Assembly (NCBI GenBank): GCA_963755915.1
Contig: CAVWLP010000003.1
Coordinates: forward strand, 192,001 to 256,000
Length of the DNA stretch: 64,000 nt
Direction: 5' to 3'
Source of the DNA: an uncultured Phycisphaerales bacterium
GTDB lineage: Bacteria > Planctomycetota > Phycisphaerae > Tepidisphaerales > Tepidisphaeraceae
The position numbers were made by a program, and so were the translations under genes. Within the stretch, counting starts at the first letter, position 1, and every line of letters starts with the position of its first letter. Under the pieces are notes generated by a model. The model was not told where the DNA came from. It saw only the letters and a list, made by a program, of their open reading frames with translations, and searched no databases. This document shows positions 43,593 through 52,933 of this stretch, piece after piece.

Positions 43593-44498
43593 CTACTCTT
43601 CGAGCTTCCGCAGCGACATGCCAAACGTCGTAAGCTGCTGCTTGATCTCGTTGAGGCTCGTCTGGCCGAAATTCTTGCACCCCAGCAGCTCGTCTTCCGT
43701 GCGGGCCGCGAGGTCGCCCAGGGTGTTGATGTTCAGCCGCTGCAGCGCCTTGCGGCTGCGGACTGACAACTCCATATCGGTCACGTTCTTACCCAGAACT
43801 TCCGGCGGAACATTGCCCGCGATCGGAGCCGTGCGCCGCACCGCCGTCTTCGATTCATCGGCCGCCTGGCCCAGGCGCAAAGCCTTCTGCGCCAGCAGCG
43901 CCTTGATTTCGTTCAGGCTTGTCTCGCCGAAATTCTTGTAGCTCAGCAATTCCTGCTCGGTCGTCTTCAGCAGATCGCCCAGCGTGCGGATGTTCATCTT
44001 CTTCAGGCAATTCCGGCTCCGGACCGAAAGCTCGAAATCCGTGACCGGCACGCTGAGCACCGCGCTGCGGCGATCGCCCCGGCCGTCGAGATCGTCGTCG
44101 TAATGAATGCTCCGCGCCGATTCCACATCCTTCATATAAAGCCGGGCGCGAATGTTGTTGGGGCTGGTGCGAAGAACCGCATCGAGGCAACGATGGGCTT
44201 CATCGTAGTGATTGTTGTCTTCGTATAGGATCGCCAGGTTCATCAACGCATTGAGATGTACCGGCGGGCTGGTGCAGATGCGCTCATAAAGCTCAATCGC
44301 CTTGGCATCCTCCGCCCGGCGATCGTAGAGCACCGCCAGGTGAAACGCCGCCAGCTCGTGGTCCGGGTTTTCGTTGAGGGAGCGTTCGAAAAACTCGATC
44401 GCCTTTTCATGCAGTGCCTGCTGCTCTGCATCGATCCCACGCCGGTAATATTCTTCTGCCGCCCGCTCGTTAATAGAAGAGACTGTGGCTTCGCTCAT
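43593..44498 (-). CDS. TPR protein with two RNA polymerase alpha-CTD-like domains
   Basis: N-terminal TPRs, then two copies of ELSVRSR..L....I.TLGDL...TE.ELL..KNFG.TSLNEIK. Confidence 0.9.
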   Translation of the reverse strand: MSEATVSSINERAAEEYYRRGIDAEQQALHEKAIEFFERSLNENPDHELAAFHLAVLYDRRAEDAKAIELYERICTSPPVHLNALMNLAILYEDNNHYDEAHRCLDAVLRTSPNNIRARLYMKDVESARSIHYDDDLDGRGDRRSAVLSVPVTDFELSVRSRNCLKKMNIRTLGDLLKTTEQELLSYKNFGETSLNEIKALLAQKALRLGQAADESKTAVRRTAPIAGNVPPEVLGKNVTDMELSVRSRKALQRLNINTLGDLAARTEDELLGCKNFGQTSLNEIKQQLTTFGMSLRKLEE

Positions 44499-44714
44499 AT
44501 CGTCGTCATTCCAGTGGGAAAAAGAAAGTGTGCTCGTCCCGGCCGGCCGAAACGCAGCCGGGGCGGGAGGGCCTGCATCATAAGTGGCGTGCAGCGGTCG
44601 CGTCAACCGCTGGGGCATCTACCCCCTCCCCACGTCAGTCCAATCGCTTTCGCGCCCTACCCTCAAATTTTTTTCAGAAAATCCGCCGATTTCCTAAAAA
44701 TAGGTACAAAACGT

Positions 44715-46204
44715 TAATCCCGTTCGGCACGCAGGCTTCATCGGAGCATTCCAAAGCTGTGGAGGACGCGAAACAATTGAAGCTTAGATACTTTTACTTT
44801 CCCCTGCTGCACGCCGGCGTCCGCAAGAGCGCAGCATCAACCGCGAGGTCTCCGCGGCGACGGATTCCCCTTCAGTTTACTCCCAGTTTTTTCAAGGCCT
44901 CCGCTCTTGCCCTCAGCTTAATCCCGGTGTTATCCGGCTTGTTCAGGAATCGAAGCACGTCCTGTTCCTCGGCCAGCCCCAGCAGATACCAGCCGATCAT
45001 GTTCCGCATCGCCTTGTTCGGCTTCCTGCCGCTGATCAGCTGAATCAGCACGCAGACGATCAGCGCGCAGTGGATTTGGATGTCGATCCCCTCCTGGCGT
45101 TGGCTCAGCAGGTGACGCATGCCCAGCAGTTGCTTGAAGATCCGGAAGAACAACTCAACGGTGTAGCGGTACAGATAAATCAGGGCGATCAATTCCGCCG
45201 GCAGGTCCAGCAGGTTCGTGTACAGGATGATCAGGTCCGTCGGCTTGTTGCCGCTGCGCGTGCGGCGCGGATGGGGTTTCACCTGCACTTCCACCCGTCG
45301 CACCACCCTATCCGCCGCCGTCTCCAGGCCGTCGAGTTTCACCAGCGCGTCTCGCACCACGCCGCCGTCCAATGCTTCCTGTGAAAGCAATCGTTCTTCA
45401 AACAGCTCAAACACCGAGTTTTCCGCGGCCCGCATCACAAAGGAGCTTTGCGCCGCGGCGATGTCCGCAAAGAGGCTCCGGTCGGCGTAGCCGCCGTCTC
45501 CTACATAGCACCGTCCTGCTTCCAGGCTGCGCCGCAGGACGTTGTTTTCACGGTTGGCCCCCGCGTTGCGAGCGCCAGTGCGGTCGAGGCGATGGACTTT
45601 GAACGTCTCCAGATCGAATTGAACGTGCAAACGCCAGCCATAGACCGCTTTCCCGTCCCGGGAGGTGTTGTAGCGCGCATCGATGCCGCAAGCGGATTTG
45701 GCCAGCCGACTCAGCGCCGTCAGCACCGTCCCGTCGACCAGCGTGATCGCCTGCCCAAAGTCCGCAAGACGCGGATCGGGCGCCTGGGGCAGTTCCCCCG
45801 CCAATTCCTCAATCAGCGGCGTCAAACGCCCCGGCTCGAACACCCGAACCGATTCAGAGAAACTGCCCACGGAAAAACGCTTAATTCCCAGCGCCTTGGC
45901 CACCTTGGGCAGTTCAGCAACCTCCTGAAGATCCCGCAGGGATTGGATCAGCGGATTCCAGGTGTAAAGCAAAACCAGCTTGCAATAATCGTCGAAGTGA
46001 AGCTGGCGGTTCCCGGCTCGATCCCGCTCACAGCCCACATCCCGCAGCGTGGGCAGCAGCGCGAAGACGCGCCGCAGATGTCCGAGGCACAGGATCTCTT
46101 TTTCCTTCAGTCTTGCCTGCACGTCCGGCAGCATGCCATAAAAAGATCAAAGGCGCAATCTCAATATCTTGCTGCTTGCGCGAACCCCGTGCCGAACGGG
46201 ATTA
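44715..46204 (-). mobile_element. IS4-family insertion sequence (1490 bp)
   Basis: Perfect 17-bp IRs TAATCCCGTTCGGCACG (44715-44731; reverse complement at 46188-46204) and 9-bp direct repeat ACAAAACGT at 44706-44714 and 46205-46213. Confidence 0.95.
44872..46134 (-). CDS. IS4-family DDE transposase
   Basis: LVDGT, YVGDGGY and the Y-x2-R-x3-E-x2-F-R-x2-K (YREK) signature YLYRYTVELFFRIFK. Confidence 0.93.
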   Translation of the reverse strand: MLPDVQARLKEKEILCLGHLRRVFALLPTLRDVGCERDRAGNRQLHFDDYCKLVLLYTWNPLIQSLRDLQEVAELPKVAKALGIKRFSVGSFSESVRVFEPGRLTPLIEELAGELPQAPDPRLADFGQAITLVDGTVLTALSRLAKSACGIDARYNTSRDGKAVYGWRLHVQFDLETFKVHRLDRTGARNAGANRENNVLRRSLEAGRCYVGDGGYADRSLFADIAAAQSSFVMRAAENSVFELFEERLLSQEALDGGVVRDALVKLDGLETAADRVVRRVEVQVKPHPRRTRSGNKPTDLIILYTNLLDLPAELIALIYLYRYTVELFFRIFKQLLGMRHLLSQRQEGIDIQIHCALIVCVLIQLISGRKPNKAMRNMIGWYLLGLAEEQDVLRFLNKPDNTGIKLRARAEALKKLGVN

Positions 46205-46499
46205 ACAAAACGTACACCTTTTGGACCTGTATATAATAGATGCATCTTATTTTCGACCCATATACCGCTGCAATCTTCCCCGGATCACCAATCCCAGCTC
46301 AGGGAGAAAATAACTCGCGCTCAAATCCCGGGCATTTCCGGACATTTTCGGACATCCCCGTTTAGCGGCCCCGCTCGACTTCGGTGAGCTCGGTCGAACC
46401 GCGGGGCGCGTTCCCATGGCCCAAAAACCCAATACATTACTTTAGAAATACACCCGTAAGACTGCTATCGTACCGAGCTTGTCACCCGCACCCGCAAAA

Positions 46500-47392
46500 A
46501 TGGCCTCGATCGAAACAGTCGCGATAGTTGCCAACCCCATCGCCGGCCAAGGCAAGGGCCGGGCCACCGCCGATCGCGTCTGCGCCACCCTCCGGCGAGA
46601 AGGAATGAATGCCATCGAGATTTTCGACCTGACCGCCGATCCGATCGGCCCGCTCAGCTCGGCTGACGCGGTCGTCGCCATAGGTGGCGACGGCACGCTG
46701 CGCACCGTCGCCCGCCGCTGCCTGGCTGCCGGCGGTACGATGCCCCCCCTGCTCCCCGTCCCCATGGGAACCGCCAACCTGATGGGCCGGCACCTGGGAA
46801 TCGACTGGCAGGCCGCCGACCTCGAGGATCGGATCTTTCAGTCCCTCCGCCGCGCACAAACCGCCATGTTCGACGCCGCCCAGTGCAACGGCGAGCTTTT
46901 TCTGCTCATGGCCGGCGTCGGAATCGACGGCCAGATCGTCCACGAGCTCGACCGCATGCGCCGCGGGCCGATCAATTACGCCAGCTACGCCCTGCCCGCC
47001 GCGCTGGCGATCGCGAGTTATCGTTACCCGCCGATCCAGGTCATCGCCGACGAGGAGGAGATTTTTCCCGCGGCGCCCGCGGTGGCGCTCGTCGCCAACA
47101 TCAGCGAATATGGCACCGGCTTTCCCCTGGCGCCCACGCGCGGCCCGACGATGGCATGCTCGACGTCTGCGTGATTCCGGTCGATTCGCCCATCGACGCG
47201 GTCCAGAAATTCCTCCACGCCGCCGCCGGCGAGCACCTGCTTATCGAAGGCGTCGTCTATTCGCGCGCCAAACAAATCGAGATCAGCTCCGCCGAGCCCG
47301 TACCGATTCAAATCGACGGCGATCCCGCCGGCTACACGCCGGTGCGGATCGAGTTGCTTCCCATGCGCGTGCCGTTTATCGTGCCGGTGTGA
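46500..47392 (+). CDS. Diacylglycerol/lipid kinase family protein; frameshift near 47130
   Basis: NPIAG, GGDGT, PMGTAN, GVGIDG, DDGMLDV, QIDGD. Confidence 0.88.
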
Positions 47393-48204
47393 GTCAATCT
47401 GCCGATATTCTCCACCGCGACCGCAGCCCACTCTTCGTCATTGCCGGGCCCTGCGTCATCGAATCCGAGGAATTGTGTCTTCTCGTCGCATCGAAAGTAA
47501 AAAAGATTTGCGAGAAGCTCGGCCTTCCATACATCTTTAAAGCCAGCTTCGACAAGGCCAACCGCTCCAGCAAAGACACGTTCCGCGGCCCGGGCCTTTC
47601 AGGTGGTCTGAAGATCCTCGAAAAAGTTAAACGGGAGATCGATGTTCCGGTCCTGACGGACGTTCACGAAACCGCCCAGGCCACTGAAGCCGGCAAAGTC
47701 ATCGACTTATTGCAGGTCCCCGCGTTTCTCGCCCGCCAGACCGATCTGCTATTGGCGTGCGGCGCCACCGGCCGCTGGATCAACGTGAAAAAGGGTCAGT
47801 TCATGTCCCCCGCCGAGATGGCCAACGCCATCGACAAGATCAAATCCACAGGAAACAACCAGATCATCCTGACCGAGCGCGGCACATTTTTCGGCTATAA
47901 CCGCCTCGTAAACGATTTCACAGGGTTAGCGGTGATGAAAGACCTCGGCCATCCCGTCGTCTTCGACATCACCCACAGCACCCAGCAGCCCGCCGGCCAG
48001 GGAAACCAAAGCGGCGGCAACCCCAAATATTCCCCGCTGCTTGCCCGCGCCGCCGTCGCCGCCGGCGTCGACGGCCTCTTCCTCGAATGTCACCCCGACC
48101 CCAAAAACGCCAAAAGTGACGCCGCCACAATGCTCAACCTCAACGAGGTAGAGCCGATCCTCAAGCAATGCGTCGAAATCGCGCGGTTGCGCGCGCGTTG
48201 GTAA
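47389..48204 (+). CDS. kdsA: 3-deoxy-8-phosphooctulonate (KDO8P) synthase
   Basis: IAGPCVIES, FKASFDKANRSS, QVPAFLARQTDLL, KKGQF, ERG, FDITHS.Q, ECHPDP. Confidence 0.96.
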   Translation: MSQSADILHRDRSPLFVIAGPCVIESEELCLLVASKVKKICEKLGLPYIFKASFDKANRSSKDTFRGPGLSGGLKILEKVKREIDVPVLTDVHETAQATEAGKVIDLLQVPAFLARQTDLLLACGATGRWINVKKGQFMSPAEMANAIDKIKSTGNNQIILTERGTFFGYNRLVNDFTGLAVMKDLGHPVVFDITHSTQQPAGQGNQSGGNPKYSPLLARAAVAAGVDGLFLECHPDPKNAKSDAATMLNLNEVEPILKQCVEIARLRARW

Positions 48205-48348
48205 GCACCCAATTTTCTCAAAGCATTTTCCCCCTCGCCCTGTACCCAGGGAGAGGGCCGGGGTGAGGGCCTTGGAAAAGTCGGAGATGCTATCCGCGCT
48301 CTCCACGTAGACCGCGGCGAGATGTTTTTGAAAGATCGGCCTCGGCTC

Positions 48349-48585
48349 TTATGACCGCAACGCCGCCCTTGCGGCGGTAAAAACGCGCCCCGCCGCAATC
48401 CCGCGGTTTTGCCCCCGGCAATGCGCCTTGATTCGGCGTTCGATTTCCTGGGCCCACGCCCGCTCGATCTCAGCCGGATCATCAGATTCCAGAGTCGAAA
48501 GCAGCGCCGCCGCTAGCTGGCCGCGAACCTTGAGAGGAAGCTTCATGGCCGCATTTTCTTTAGATTTCCGCGTCATAATCGGCAT
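48349..48585 (-). CDS. Putative addiction-module antitoxin (TIGR02574-like)
   Basis: L....R..LA..LL.TL......IERAW.QEIERR pattern. Confidence 0.65.
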   Translation of the reverse strand: MPIMTRKSKENAAMKLPLKVRGQLAAALLSTLESDDPAEIERAWAQEIERRIKAHCRGQNRGIAAGRVFTAARAALRS

Positions 48586-48598
48586 TCCAAATCACGAG

Positions 48599-50395
48599 TC
48601 ATTTCACCTGAATATGCACATGCCGCCAGATCCAGGTAATCGCAAACACCAGGATCGGAATGGCCATCGAGATCAGCACCAGCCGATACCGCTGCCAGTT
48701 CGCGGACGCCGGGCTCGGTGTCACCAGCCGATCCGCCCGCCCCGTCACCTGCACGGCATCGGGATGATCCAGATCTTGCTTCATGTCCAGCGCGGTCGCA
48801 TATCGCTCCTGCGGAAGCCGCGCCATCGCGTGCAGAATAATCTCCTCCACCTGCGGCGAAATCTTGTCGTTTCGTCGCCGCGGCGCAATCGGATCCCCCG
48901 ACAGGCGGCTGTTCATGATGATGAACGGATTGGCCCCCTCAAACGGCACGCTGCCGGTCACCATCTCATAAAGAATCGCCCCCAAACTGTAGATATCCGT
49001 GCGGGCATCACCGCGCTTTCCCTTCACCTGCTCAGGCGCCATATAGTCCGGCGTCCCCATTGCCGGCGTAAACCCGCCAAACGTGAGCCTTCGCGCGCTC
49101 TCAAATTTCGCGATCCCGAAATCCATAATCCGGATGCTCCCGTCGCTGCAGATCATGATGTTGTCGGGCTTGAGATCGCGATGCACCACCTCATGCTCGT
49201 GCATGTAGTGCAGCGCCTCGCAAATCCGGCTCGCGATCTTGAGCGAATCCGGAACCGGCATCGGCCGGATCGTGTGCATCAGGTGCCCCAGCGTCTGCCC
49301 CTCCAGATATTCCATCACAATATAGGGCCGGCTCTTCTGCATCGACTCATCGTCGAACATCTTCAGGATGTATGGATGCTGCAGCGCCTTGCCGATCGCC
49401 TGCTCGCGCTGGAATCGCTGGAAAAATCCCGGATCAGATTCAAACTGCATGAACGGAACTTTCAGCGCCACGATCCGATCCGCGGTCTGATCGATGGCCT
49501 TGAATATCGACGCCATCCCCGAGCGGCTGATGATGTCGATGATCCGGAACCGGCCGTCCAGCACCTGTCCCACTTCAAGTTCGCTTCCCATGATTGCCGG
49601 GCTCTCTTTCTGGAATGTTGGCAAACCGCGGTAATAGCTCAGCCTCTCAATTGCCTGAACCTGGATGACCTGCACCGAGAGATTGTCATCCGCGCCGCGC
49701 CGCTCGGCTGACCGCACCAGTTGCTGGCACGCATCCTCCGGCGAATTCTTCGAAACGATGTTCAGAATCTCCCCCTCCGTGATCTGCGACCAGAGCCCGT
49801 CGCACATCTGCACGATGATGTCTCCCCCATGAACGCTGATGGTATGGAAATCCACCCGAAGCGTCGGCTCCTGACCAACCGTCCGGGTTAGGACCGACCG
49901 CATCTGGCTGCTCGCCGCCTCTTCAACCGTAATCAGTCCCAGCTTCAGTTGGACTCCCGCATATGAATGATCGTTGGTCACCCTCCGAATGCGCCCCTGC
50001 TGGACGACATAAACCCGGCAATCCCCGACGTGCCCGATGTTCACCTCGTTATGCCGAAAGATGCTCACCGTCAGGGTCGTCGCCATCCGCCCGCTGCCGT
50101 TGTTCCGCATGTTTTCGTCATAGATCGCGATGTTCGCAGCGGTGAACATCTGGTAGAGCGTCTGGGCCGGCGGGGCGAGGGGTTTGGAGTCGAGGAATAT
50201 CTTTAAAGCCGTATCACAGGCCAACTTGCTGGCGACCTCCCCTTTGTGTTGCCCCCCCACTCCATCGGCCAGGATCACAATCGCCCCATGCTTGCGCCAG
50301 TCAGCCTCTGATTTAGGCTGCCAAGTGCCAATGCTGTCCTCATTGTTGGGACGAACGGGACCCGCGGTACTCAGAGCCGCATAGGAAATCTGCAT
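48599..50395 (-). CDS. Fused PP2C phosphatase and Hanks-type Ser/Thr kinase with C-terminal TM helix
   Basis: R..NED, ADGVGG, GDCR, CDGL, DN; then VALK, HRDLKPDN, DFG, GTPDYMAPE, DIYSLG. Confidence 0.93.
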   Translation of the reverse strand: MQISYAALSTAGPVRPNNEDSIGTWQPKSEADWRKHGAIVILADGVGGQHKGEVASKLACDTALKIFLDSKPLAPPAQTLYQMFTAANIAIYDENMRNNGSGRMATTLTVSIFRHNEVNIGHVGDCRVYVVQQGRIRRVTNDHSYAGVQLKLGLITVEEAASSQMRSVLTRTVGQEPTLRVDFHTISVHGGDIIVQMCDGLWSQITEGEILNIVSKNSPEDACQQLVRSAERRGADDNLSVQVIQVQAIERLSYYRGLPTFQKESPAIMGSELEVGQVLDGRFRIIDIISRSGMASIFKAIDQTADRIVALKVPFMQFESDPGFFQRFQREQAIGKALQHPYILKMFDDESMQKSRPYIVMEYLEGQTLGHLMHTIRPMPVPDSLKIASRICEALHYMHEHEVVHRDLKPDNIMICSDGSIRIMDFGIAKFESARRLTFGGFTPAMGTPDYMAPEQVKGKRGDARTDIYSLGAILYEMVTGSVPFEGANPFIIMNSRLSGDPIAPRRRNDKISPQVEEIILHAMARLPQERYATALDMKQDLDHPDAVQVTGRADRLVTPSPASANWQRYRLVLISMAIPILVFAITWIWRHVHIQVK

Positions 50396-50656
50396 AAAAA
50401 CACGTGAAAACGCGGTTGAGGCGGCGATTTTAGGTTTCCCGGTCCACAATACAAGCGCGATCTGATTTCAGCAGGCTTTTCAACATTTGCTTCGCCACCG
50501 CCCAACATTGCGGCTTTCCCTTTCAACGCCGTAAATATATGCGCACTTTTTAGGCGGGACCCCACCAACCGCCAAATCCCCATAAAAACGGCCGAAAGTT
50601 GATAATCGCCCGACCCCACAGCAGCGGGACGTTTGCAAATTGCAAGTCTTATAGCC

Positions 50657-50672
50657 TTGGCACATATTTTGT
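50657..50672 (+). promoter_or_regulatory. Possible sigma-54 promoter upstream of the APC permease
   Basis: TTGGCAC-ATATT-TTGT matches TGGCAC-N5-TTGC except T for C at -12. Confidence 0.5.
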
Positions 50673-50727
50673 AATTGCGATCATCAACCTCGCGCTCTGC
50701 GTCTTTCATGCCTGAAAAGGAGAGATT

Positions 50728-52821
50728 GTGGCAACAGACAACCCAGCACCTTCGTCGGCATCGGGGTCCGGACAAGGCACGATGAAACCAACGCTCGGTT
50801 TGACCGGGCTGACAGCCAATGCCGCGGCGTTGATCGCGCCGGGCGCATTTTTGTGGCTGACGTTTGCGGAACAGTCGGCCTATGGATCTCCATCCGCCGC
50901 TGCTTCCATGTGGTTTGGCATGTTCGCATGCCTGATGCTCTGTTTGGCCACCGCGATCTCCTATGGTCAGCTTGCCAAGCTCTACCCCGGCGCCGGTTCT
51001 TCATACTTCTTCGCCGAACAAGCGTTTCTGTCCAAAAAGCAAGTCTATCGATGGGCACGAATTAACAAATTCATCGTCGGCTGGGCCAGTCACCTCTACT
51101 ATTGGGTATACCCCGGCGTGATGGTTGGCGTCACGGCCATATTCATAGCCTACATGGCCGGCGTTTTCTGGCCCAATACGTTCAACAGTACAATTGGCAG
51201 TCCCCCTTTGATGCTCATGGTCTGCGTTGTCTTCGCTCTTGGAGTTTCCTATATCGCCTATAGAGGCATCGTCGGTTCTACCGTTGTGGCGGTGAGCATC
51301 AATGTTATCCAGATCGTGGCCCTGGTCATTTTCTCATGCCTGGCCATTGATCACCGCTTGAAAGTTCATGAAGGAGATTTGGATTACAACCTGGTCAATG
51401 GCGTCGCTTCGCCTTACGTCCAGGACAGCTATACAGCCGCCGGCGCGTCTTCCTCGACCAGTAAAGTCGACGCCAATGGCAACCCGGTCTTCTGCTACTA
51501 CGTTGCCAATGCCGACGGCAGCGTCGTCCAGCCCAACGTCAACGGCCAAAACATCAAGGTCGATCCCAAAGGCCAGAGCTACACCGTCGACAACACTGAC
51601 AATCCCGTTCAGGTCACCACCGACAACAACGGTGTGCCAGAAGATTCTCACTGGCAGCTTGACGCCAAGAGCGGAAACCTTGTCGTAACCGGTGGCGCCA
51701 CCACTCAGCCCGCCGCGTATAAAGTCGGCACCGTCGCCGTGCCCCAGTGGAACACCACCACCTATCAGGGCGGTATGTTGCAGGATCCCAAGTCCGGAAC
51801 GTGGACATTTCTTTATCACGAATCCGCCAAATCCGTCGTCGCCCCGCATAAATTCAGCTTTTTGATCATCCAGATGGGCATGGCGATTCTGTGCTTCTGT
51901 GGTTTCGAGTCCTGCTCCGCCCTCGGCGCCGAGGCCAAGAACCCCAAGAAGCATATTCCCATTGCCATTGTCCTTGCGCTGCTCATCCAGGGCGGTTTCT
52001 GTTATCTCTTCGAATACTTTGCCGCCAATTACTTCCAAAGCTCCTCTTACACCAGCTCGACGGCATCCGGCTCTTCGGCGCCCATTGGCGACATGATGCA
52101 GATCGTCGGCGCCTGGGCATTCGGCTCTCCCACCGCCGGATATTATTTTGTCGTTGTCGAAGCCGTAACCGTCTTCCTCGCACTCGTCGGCACTACGCTC
52201 TCGTGCATCAACACGGGCGCTCGCGTGACCTATGCCATGGGTCGCGATGAGGAAGTCCCCTCTCACTTCGGCCTGATTCACGGTAAGAATGACACCCCCC
52301 ACCGGTGCATCTGGACCTTGGCGTTCATTTCCCTTATTGTCGGTTTCCTGGTCGTACTCTTCTACCTCTGCGGCCCCTCTGCAACTTTCCCCGACAGCAC
52401 CTTGACCGATGCCCAGAAGGCCAGCTTCTGGTACAAGCTGGCATTCACAACCTCCGAAGAGGCCGCTAAATTCCCCAACGCGTTCATCTTCTTGTCGCTC
52501 GTGAGCAACTTCGGCATGTTCATGCTCTATATGTTGACTTGCATTTGCACGATGGTGGCTTGGCACGAGCGCGAAGGTCGCAATATCCTCATGCACGTTC
52601 TGATCCCGCTGTTTGGAGCTATAGCCAACTTTTTAGGCATGTTGTTCTATTTGCTTGGTCCGCTCCCGGCTTTTGGGATCAGCGGAATGCGTTGGCAAGA
52701 ACCGTATATTGCGCTCGGCATCGCTGCGGTATGGGGGATCTATGGAACGATCTACTTCTCAATGCGCAGCAAGAAAATGGGCAAAGAGGTGTTCATCACC
52801 AAGCCCACAATTACGGCGTAA
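50728..52821 (+). CDS. APC-superfamily amino acid/amine permease with a large extracytoplasmic insertion
   Basis: LIAPGAF, YPGAGSSY.F, GFES...LGAEAKNPK, ARVTYAMGRD, about 12 TM segments. Confidence 0.9.
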   Translation: MATDNPAPSSASGSGQGTMKPTLGLTGLTANAAALIAPGAFLWLTFAEQSAYGSPSAAASMWFGMFACLMLCLATAISYGQLAKLYPGAGSSYFFAEQAFLSKKQVYRWARINKFIVGWASHLYYWVYPGVMVGVTAIFIAYMAGVFWPNTFNSTIGSPPLMLMVCVVFALGVSYIAYRGIVGSTVVAVSINVIQIVALVIFSCLAIDHRLKVHEGDLDYNLVNGVASPYVQDSYTAAGASSSTSKVDANGNPVFCYYVANADGSVVQPNVNGQNIKVDPKGQSYTVDNTDNPVQVTTDNNGVPEDSHWQLDAKSGNLVVTGGATTQPAAYKVGTVAVPQWNTTTYQGGMLQDPKSGTWTFLYHESAKSVVAPHKFSFLIIQMGMAILCFCGFESCSALGAEAKNPKKHIPIAIVLALLIQGGFCYLFEYFAANYFQSSSYTSSTASGSSAPIGDMMQIVGAWAFGSPTAGYYFVVVEAVTVFLALVGTTLSCINTGARVTYAMGRDEEVPSHFGLIHGKNDTPHRCIWTLAFISLIVGFLVVLFYLCGPSATFPDSTLTDAQKASFWYKLAFTTSEEAAKFPNAFIFLSLVSNFGMFMLYMLTCICTMVAWHEREGRNILMHVLIPLFGAIANFLGMLFYLLGPLPAFGISGMRWQEPYIALGIAAVWGIYGTIYFSMRSKKMGKEVFITKPTITA

Positions 52822-52845
52822 AATCACCCCTGGACAACCCAGAAG

Positions 52846-52879
52846 CGACGGCCACCCTCTCGGGTGGCCGTCGTGTTTT
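52846..52879 (+). terminator. Intrinsic terminator-like hairpin
   Basis: CGACGGCCACCC-TCTC-GGGTGGCCGTCG followed by TGTTTT. Confidence 0.65.
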
Positions 52880-52933
52880 CTGGGATGCCTATTCTTGTCC
52901 CCATGCCGCGCCGTCTGTAACTTGACGCCACTT

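Noticed and set aside
43593-44498. Calling this gene rpoA
   Set aside because: It lacks the alpha N-terminal domain and ribosomal operon context, and has TPRs and a duplicated CTD.
44715-46204. IS4 transposase as mobiliser of E1, E2 or the REPs
   Set aside because: Its IR sequence and 9-bp TSD do not resemble the micro-elements, which show no TSD.
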